A stretch of DNA of 64,000 nt from Candidatus Marinacidobacterales bacterium (lineage in GTDB: Bacteria; Acidobacteriota; Vicinamibacteria; Marinacidobacterales; SMYC01). This document shows, piece after piece, positions 59,891 through 64,000 of this stretch. The DNA is taken from contig OZ253507.1 in NCBI GenBank assembly GCA_965262245.1, forward strand, positions 8,796,911 to 8,860,910. Reading direction: 5' to 3'. A model generated the notes under the pieces. It saw only the letters and a list, made by a program, of their open reading frames with translations. It did no database searches and was not told where the DNA came from. The stretch's first letter is position 1. Every line of letters begins with the position of its first letter. The translations under genes and the position numbers were made by a program.

Positions 59891-60229
59891 GTGTCAGGCG
59901 CATGCGAATGCGGCGCGGCGATGGAGTTCCGACAACGTCGACCGTTCCGGGTGCACACGGTGCTGGCGGGGCGAGAAGTTGAGCTGAGTGTTTTCTACGG
60001 GCAGTGTTGTGAATGCCGGCAAGGCAACTACCCGCTGCTGGAAGAGATGAAAGTGGACCGGGAAGGATTCACGCAAGCCCTACAGGAGTTGTCGCTGTTG
60101 GCGGGAGTGATCGAACCCTACCGCTCCGCGAGCGAGCAACTGCTGCGAAAATTCACCGGGGTGGAGGTGAGCTCGGAGAAAATTCATGATCTATTCCTGA
60201 TCCTCCTGATCCTTGCTGAAGCTATATAG
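59891..60229 (+). pseudogene. N-terminal fragment (112 aa) of an ISKra4-like (ISNCY-type) transposase, truncated where it meets hyuB
   Basis: CxxC...CxC zinc module, then ..YPLLEEM..SEQLLRKFTGVEVSSEKIHDL.. as in ISKra4-type N-termini; the reading ends in junk. Confidence 0.4.
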
Positions 60230-61867
60230 CTTCCAGGCGGCTTCGGCGGAGACGAGCTCGTTCGCCACGTCCGAGCGTACCTGCTCGCGATCTCTAGCCT
60301 TGGGGTCACCGTAGCCACCTCCGCCGGGGGTGTGAATGATCAGCCGTTCGCCGGCGCGAATGATCTGGGTCCCCTTGCCGCGCAACCGCTCGCCGGAGGC
60401 GAGGAACACCGCACCGGACTCCCCCTGGCCGCCTAAACGTCGGCCCAAAGCCGGGTGCGCAATGCGATCGAAGGCCGCGAGCAGTTCGAAATCGGAGTCG
60501 ATCGCGCTTTCGATCTCGAGCACCTGGCCGAGGCCGCCGCGATGCTCGCCGGCGCCGCCAGAATCCGGCCGGAGCTCCTTGCGGTGGAAAATCAGCGGCG
60601 CCAAGGATTCGTTGATCTCCACGGGGGTTCCCCGGACACCGCTGGGATAGGCGGTAGCGGACAGGCCGTCGCTCGTCGGTCGCGCGCCAGTGCCTCCGTT
60701 CGTGACGGCGGTGGTGATGAAGATGGTGCTGTCGTTCGGGCCCCGATCCCTTTCGCCCCGGAAGGTGAGATTCCAAAGGCAAGAGGCGCCCTCGGCGGGG
60801 ACGCGGTCGGGCTTCACCTGAACGAGACAGCCGAAGACAACGTCGGGCAGCATTTGACCGATAATGTGGCGGGCATTGATCGCCGCCGGATAAGGAGCGT
60901 TCAAAATAGATCGTAGCGGGGCGGTGACCTTGAAGGGCGCGAGCGATCCCGCGTTATTGGGCACCTCCGGCGAGACAATGCAGCGCAAGCCGAAACAGGT
61001 ATAAGCTGCCGTATAGGCGATCGGCACATTGACGCCGTACTTGGACATGGGCGATGTGCCGTCGTAATCGACGGAAATACCGTCATCGGAAATGGTCAGC
61101 TCCGCGACCAGATCGACTGCATTGTCGTATCCGTCGATGCGCATGGTGTTGCGGAAGGTGCCCTTCGGCAACTCGGCGATTTCGGCCATCACCGCATCGT
61201 AGGAGTTGGCGCAGATGTATTCGGCAAGTGAGTCGAGTCTCTCCAAATCGAATTCGTCCATCATCTCGACCAGCCGAGCGCAGCCGATATCGTTGCAGGC
61301 GGCCAGCGAGTAGACATCGCCTTCCGTTTCCACGGGCTGGCGTGTATTGGCCCGAATCATCGCCATCAGAGTCTCGTTGATTTCCCCCCGGTCGGCGAGC
61401 TTCAGCATCGGGATGTAGATGCCTTCCATGTGCACGTCCGTGCCGTCTGGTCCCATGCCGACACCGCCGATGTCCGTGATATGGGACGTGCAGGAAAAGA
61501 GCGCGACGAGATGCCCGGCTTTGAAGCAGGGAGTCGTGAGAACGAAGTCGTTGGTATGTCCGGTTCCCAGCCAGGGATCGTTGGTAATGTAGATGTCGCC
61601 CTCGCGCATCGTCTCGATTGAGAAATGACGAAGGAAGTGCTTGACCGATTCCGCCATGGAGTTCACATGACCCGGGGTGCCCGTGACCGCCTGCGCGAGC
61701 ATCCGCCCCTTGATGTCGAAGACACCGGCGGACAGGTCGCCGCATTCGCGTACGATGGCGCTGAAGGCCGTGCGTACCAGGGTCCTTGCTTGCTCCTCGA
61801 CCACAGAGATGAGCCGATTCCACATCACCTGCATGCGAATCGTGTCCAAGGCGCCTTTGTCGCTCAT
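60191..61867 (-). CDS. hyuB: hydantoinase B / 5-oxoprolinase B subunit (HyuB family)
   Basis: 558 aa; the ..DPWLGTGH..HLNDF.. Hydantoinase_B core region is preserved. Confidence 0.8.
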   Translation of the reverse strand: MSDKGALDTIRMQVMWNRLISVVEEQARTLVRTAFSAIVRECGDLSAGVFDIKGRMLAQAVTGTPGHVNSMAESVKHFLRHFSIETMREGDIYITNDPWLGTGHTNDFVLTTPCFKAGHLVALFSCTSHITDIGGVGMGPDGTDVHMEGIYIPMLKLADRGEINETLMAMIRANTRQPVETEGDVYSLAACNDIGCARLVEMMDEFDLERLDSLAEYICANSYDAVMAEIAELPKGTFRNTMRIDGYDNAVDLVAELTISDDGISVDYDGTSPMSKYGVNVPIAYTAAYTCFGLRCIVSPEVPNNAGSLAPFKVTAPLRSILNAPYPAAINARHIIGQMLPDVVFGCLVQVKPDRVPAEGASCLWNLTFRGERDRGPNDSTIFITTAVTNGGTGARPTSDGLSATAYPSGVRGTPVEINESLAPLIFHRKELRPDSGGAGEHRGGLGQVLEIESAIDSDFELLAAFDRIAHPALGRRLGGQGESGAVFLASGERLRGKGTQIIRAGERLIIHTPGGGGYGDPKARDREQVRSDVANELVSAEAAWKLYSFSKDQEDQE

Positions 61868-63960
61868 GCGTCGTTCTCCGGGATGCGTTGCATGACGATG
61901 TGCCCGCTGCCGCTAACGCACGCGTCGAAGCCTGCGGGAACGAAGCTGGTGGTCTCGTCCTCGGCGATCAACGCGGGTCCGGAGAGCTTCACCCCCGGCA
62001 CGAGATCGGGCCGCCAATAGAGGGGCACACTGACCGTGCGATCCGTTTCAGCGTCGTAGACGTTGCGCGCCGAGGCCGGATCCCTGATCCCGGATGTACC
62101 GGCATCGCTCGGTTTCTCGGCCGGCCTTGGAACCGTCGAGATCGTGAGCGCCCAGGTCAACACCTCTACCTCGGCATTGGGAAGAACGCGCATGTAGAGC
62201 GCGACGTACTCCTCGTCGAAGGCCGCCTGCAGCGTGGCCTTGTCGCTGGCGTCCAGGGGGCGGTTCGGCAATGTCACCACGATCTCGTGGCCCTGCCCCC
62301 GATAGCGCATGTAGGCTTGGCGCTGCTCGACAACGTCGGCACCTGGAGCCCCGGCCTCGACGATCCCGAGCGCCTCCTGGCTCATCTCACTCATTACACG
62401 GTTGATCGGCTCCGGATGGAAAGCGGCCAGGCTCATGTGCATGCTGCGCACGACTTCGTAGGAAACGGGCGCGCGCAAGAACCCGATCGCGGAGCCGACA
62501 CCGGCGTTGGTCGGAATCACGATCCGGGAGACACCGAGCTTTTCGGCAAGGTGGCCCACGTGCAACGGCGCCGCGCCCCCGAAGGCGATGAGCGTGTGCT
62601 CCGCTGCATCTTCGCCCTGCTCCACCGCGTGCACGCGGGCGGCATTGGACATGGTCTCGTCGACGATTTCCGTGATGCCGAACGCGGCCATCTCCGCCGT
62701 CAGGCCGAGCGGCTCGCCGATATCTGTCTCCAGGGCCCGACGGGCGAGATCTGTTTGCAACGTGAGATTGCCGCCGGCGAAGCGGTCCGGATCGATTTTG
62801 CCCAGCACGATGTCCGCATCCGTGATGGTGGGATGGACACCGCCGCGATCATAGGCAGCCGGCCCCGGATCCGCTCCCGCGCTGTCCGGCCCGACCGTGA
62901 TTCGCCTCATGGAATCGACGCGCGCGATGGAGCCCCCGCCGGCGCCGATTTCGACCATTTCGATCACGGGGATGCGAAGCGGCAGGCCGCTGCCCTTCAG
63001 GAACCGAGCCTGACGATCCACCTCGAACTCACGGGCCTTCCCCGGCTCGAAATCCTCGATCAGGCAGATCTTCGCGGTGGTGCCGCCCATATCGAAGGAA
63101 ATCACCTTATCCAGTCCCAGTTCCATGGCGATTTCCCGGGCGAGAATCGCGCCCCCAGCCGGTCCCGATTCGGCCAGCCGGATGGGGTGACGCTTCGCCG
63201 TGTCGAGCGTCGTCAGGCCGCCACCCGAGGTCATCAGCAGCACCGGGCAGGACAACTCGAGCTCCGCGAGTCGGTGTGCGAGCCGTGACAGATAGCTCGC
63301 CATCAACGGTCGCACATAGGCGTTGGCGGTCGCCGTGGTCAGGCGTTCATATTCGCGAACTTCGGGGCAAACGTCACTCGACAAGGTGATCGAGACCTCC
63401 GGAAAGGCCTCGGCCAAGATCTCGCCCGTGCGTTGCTCGTGCGTCGGATTGGCGTAGGCATGGAGGAAACCAATCACGATACTCTCGGCACCGCAGTCGC
63501 GTAGCCGGGGGATGAGGCGGCGAACCGCATCCTCGTCCAGCTCTCGCACGACGTTGCCCTTTCGATCGACGCGCTCGGCAACGGTGAAGCGCCGCATGCG
63601 GGGCACGAGGGGCACTGCCTTTTGGAGCATGATGTCGTACTGGTCGTAACGGCTTTCGTATCCGATCTCGAGCACGTCGCGGAAGCCGTCGGTCGTGACG
63701 AGGGCGGTAACGGCCCCTTTGCGCTCGATCACCGCATTCGTGGCCAGCGTCGTGCCGTGGATCAGGAGCTCAAGGGTCTCGGCCGCGACCCCCGATCTGG
63801 CCAACACGTCCGTCACACCGGCGATCACCCCTTCTTCCGGTGCCGAAGGCGTGGTCTGTACCTTCGACGTCGTACGGTTGTTGACGGATTCGAGAACAAC
63901 GTCGGTGAACGTGCCGCCGATGTCCACGGCAAGCCGAGCACCGGTGCTGTCATTCGGCAT
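61864..63960 (-). CDS. hyuA: hydantoinase A / 5-oxoprolinase A subunit (HyuA family), overlapping hyuB by 4 bp (ATGA)
   Basis: 698 aa; N-terminal RLAVDIGGTFTDVVL actin-fold ATPase start typical of Hydantoinase_A. Confidence 0.8.
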   Translation of the reverse strand: MPNDSTGARLAVDIGGTFTDVVLESVNNRTTSKVQTTPSAPEEGVIAGVTDVLARSGVAAETLELLIHGTTLATNAVIERKGAVTALVTTDGFRDVLEIGYESRYDQYDIMLQKAVPLVPRMRRFTVAERVDRKGNVVRELDEDAVRRLIPRLRDCGAESIVIGFLHAYANPTHEQRTGEILAEAFPEVSITLSSDVCPEVREYERLTTATANAYVRPLMASYLSRLAHRLAELELSCPVLLMTSGGGLTTLDTAKRHPIRLAESGPAGGAILAREIAMELGLDKVISFDMGGTTAKICLIEDFEPGKAREFEVDRQARFLKGSGLPLRIPVIEMVEIGAGGGSIARVDSMRRITVGPDSAGADPGPAAYDRGGVHPTITDADIVLGKIDPDRFAGGNLTLQTDLARRALETDIGEPLGLTAEMAAFGITEIVDETMSNAARVHAVEQGEDAAEHTLIAFGGAAPLHVGHLAEKLGVSRIVIPTNAGVGSAIGFLRAPVSYEVVRSMHMSLAAFHPEPINRVMSEMSQEALGIVEAGAPGADVVEQRQAYMRYRGQGHEIVVTLPNRPLDASDKATLQAAFDEEYVALYMRVLPNAEVEVLTWALTISTVPRPAEKPSDAGTSGIRDPASARNVYDAETDRTVSVPLYWRPDLVPGVKLSGPALIAEDETTSFVPAGFDACVSGSGHIVMQRIPENDA

Positions 63961-64000
63961 GCAAAAGCTCCTGCGGATTCATGGTGCCTTGGGCTCGCGC

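Noticed and set aside
61888-63288. 466-aa plus-strand ORF
   Set aside because: Antisense to hyuA.
1-64000. CRISPR arrays, rRNA, tRNA
   Set aside because: - No spaced direct-repeat array was visible.
- No long low-ORF high-structure segments.
- No cloverleaf candidates found in the AT-rich intergenic regions inspected. This was not an exhaustive scan.

Overview
High-GC (~65%) bacterial chromosomal segment, probably from a soil metagenome (the protein repertoire suggests Gemmatimonadota or Acidobacteria; low confidence). It is strongly mosaic. Ordinary metabolic genes alternate with dense insertion-sequence clusters.

Main content, left to right:
1. Remnants of an IS256 transposase, rve transposases and a histidine kinase, plus a gamma-glutamyltransferase (GGT) (1-4.3 kb).
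2. A five-gene module: a class-V (PucG/AGXT-like) aminotransferase, DUF1116 (YlbE-like), FdrA, carbamate kinase and DUF2877 (YlbF-like). I read it as a candidate oxalurate/oxamate-to-carbamoyl-phosphate pathway, the orphan oxamate carbamoyltransferase locus (4.4-10.4 kb).
3. A 1035-aa BNR/Asp-box (VPS10-like) secreted protein, an HpcH aldolase and a Leu/Ile/Val-type binding protein (11-16.3 kb).
4. A mobile-element graveyard (16.3-23.8 kb): a tyrosine-recombinase remnant carrying a MITE, an LRR fragment, a TolB-like fragment, an IS200 tnpA, back-to-back rve transposase fragments joined by a 46-bp perfect palindrome, and an IS110 element.
5. Succinate-semialdehyde dehydrogenase and a secreted amidase (23.8-26.7 kb).
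6. A second IS cluster (27.1-32.3 kb): a second IS110, and an IS1634-like element with an IS5/IS1182-like element nested inside it.
7. Proline dehydrogenase, TyrA, small Cys-rich ORFs and an IS1-like transposase (32.4-37.6 kb).
8. Two tandem paralogous Big_2 + LVIVD beta-propeller surface proteins (37.8-42.2 kb).
9. A block of secreted peptidases: DUF885, M28 (PA domain), S9, a second GGT, an esterase-like gene carrying an in-frame TAG, and a second M28 (42.4-53.2 kb).
10. A Tn7/Tn5053-like transposition module: zinc-ribbon protein, Mu-type TniA-like transposase, ExeA/TniB-like ATPase, and an AAA_25 RepA-like ATPase as cargo. The TniA-like gene is disrupted by an intact IS3-family element that has a canonical TTTTTTA frameshift site and a 3-bp target-site duplication (53.3-59.7 kb).
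11. Hydantoinase/oxoprolinase B and A subunits (60.2-64.0 kb).

Nearly every frameshift I traced sits in a short homopolymer run, so many apparent pseudogenes may be sequencing artefacts. No rRNA, convincing tRNA or CRISPR array was found. Coordinates I derived by hand may be off by 1-2 bp.
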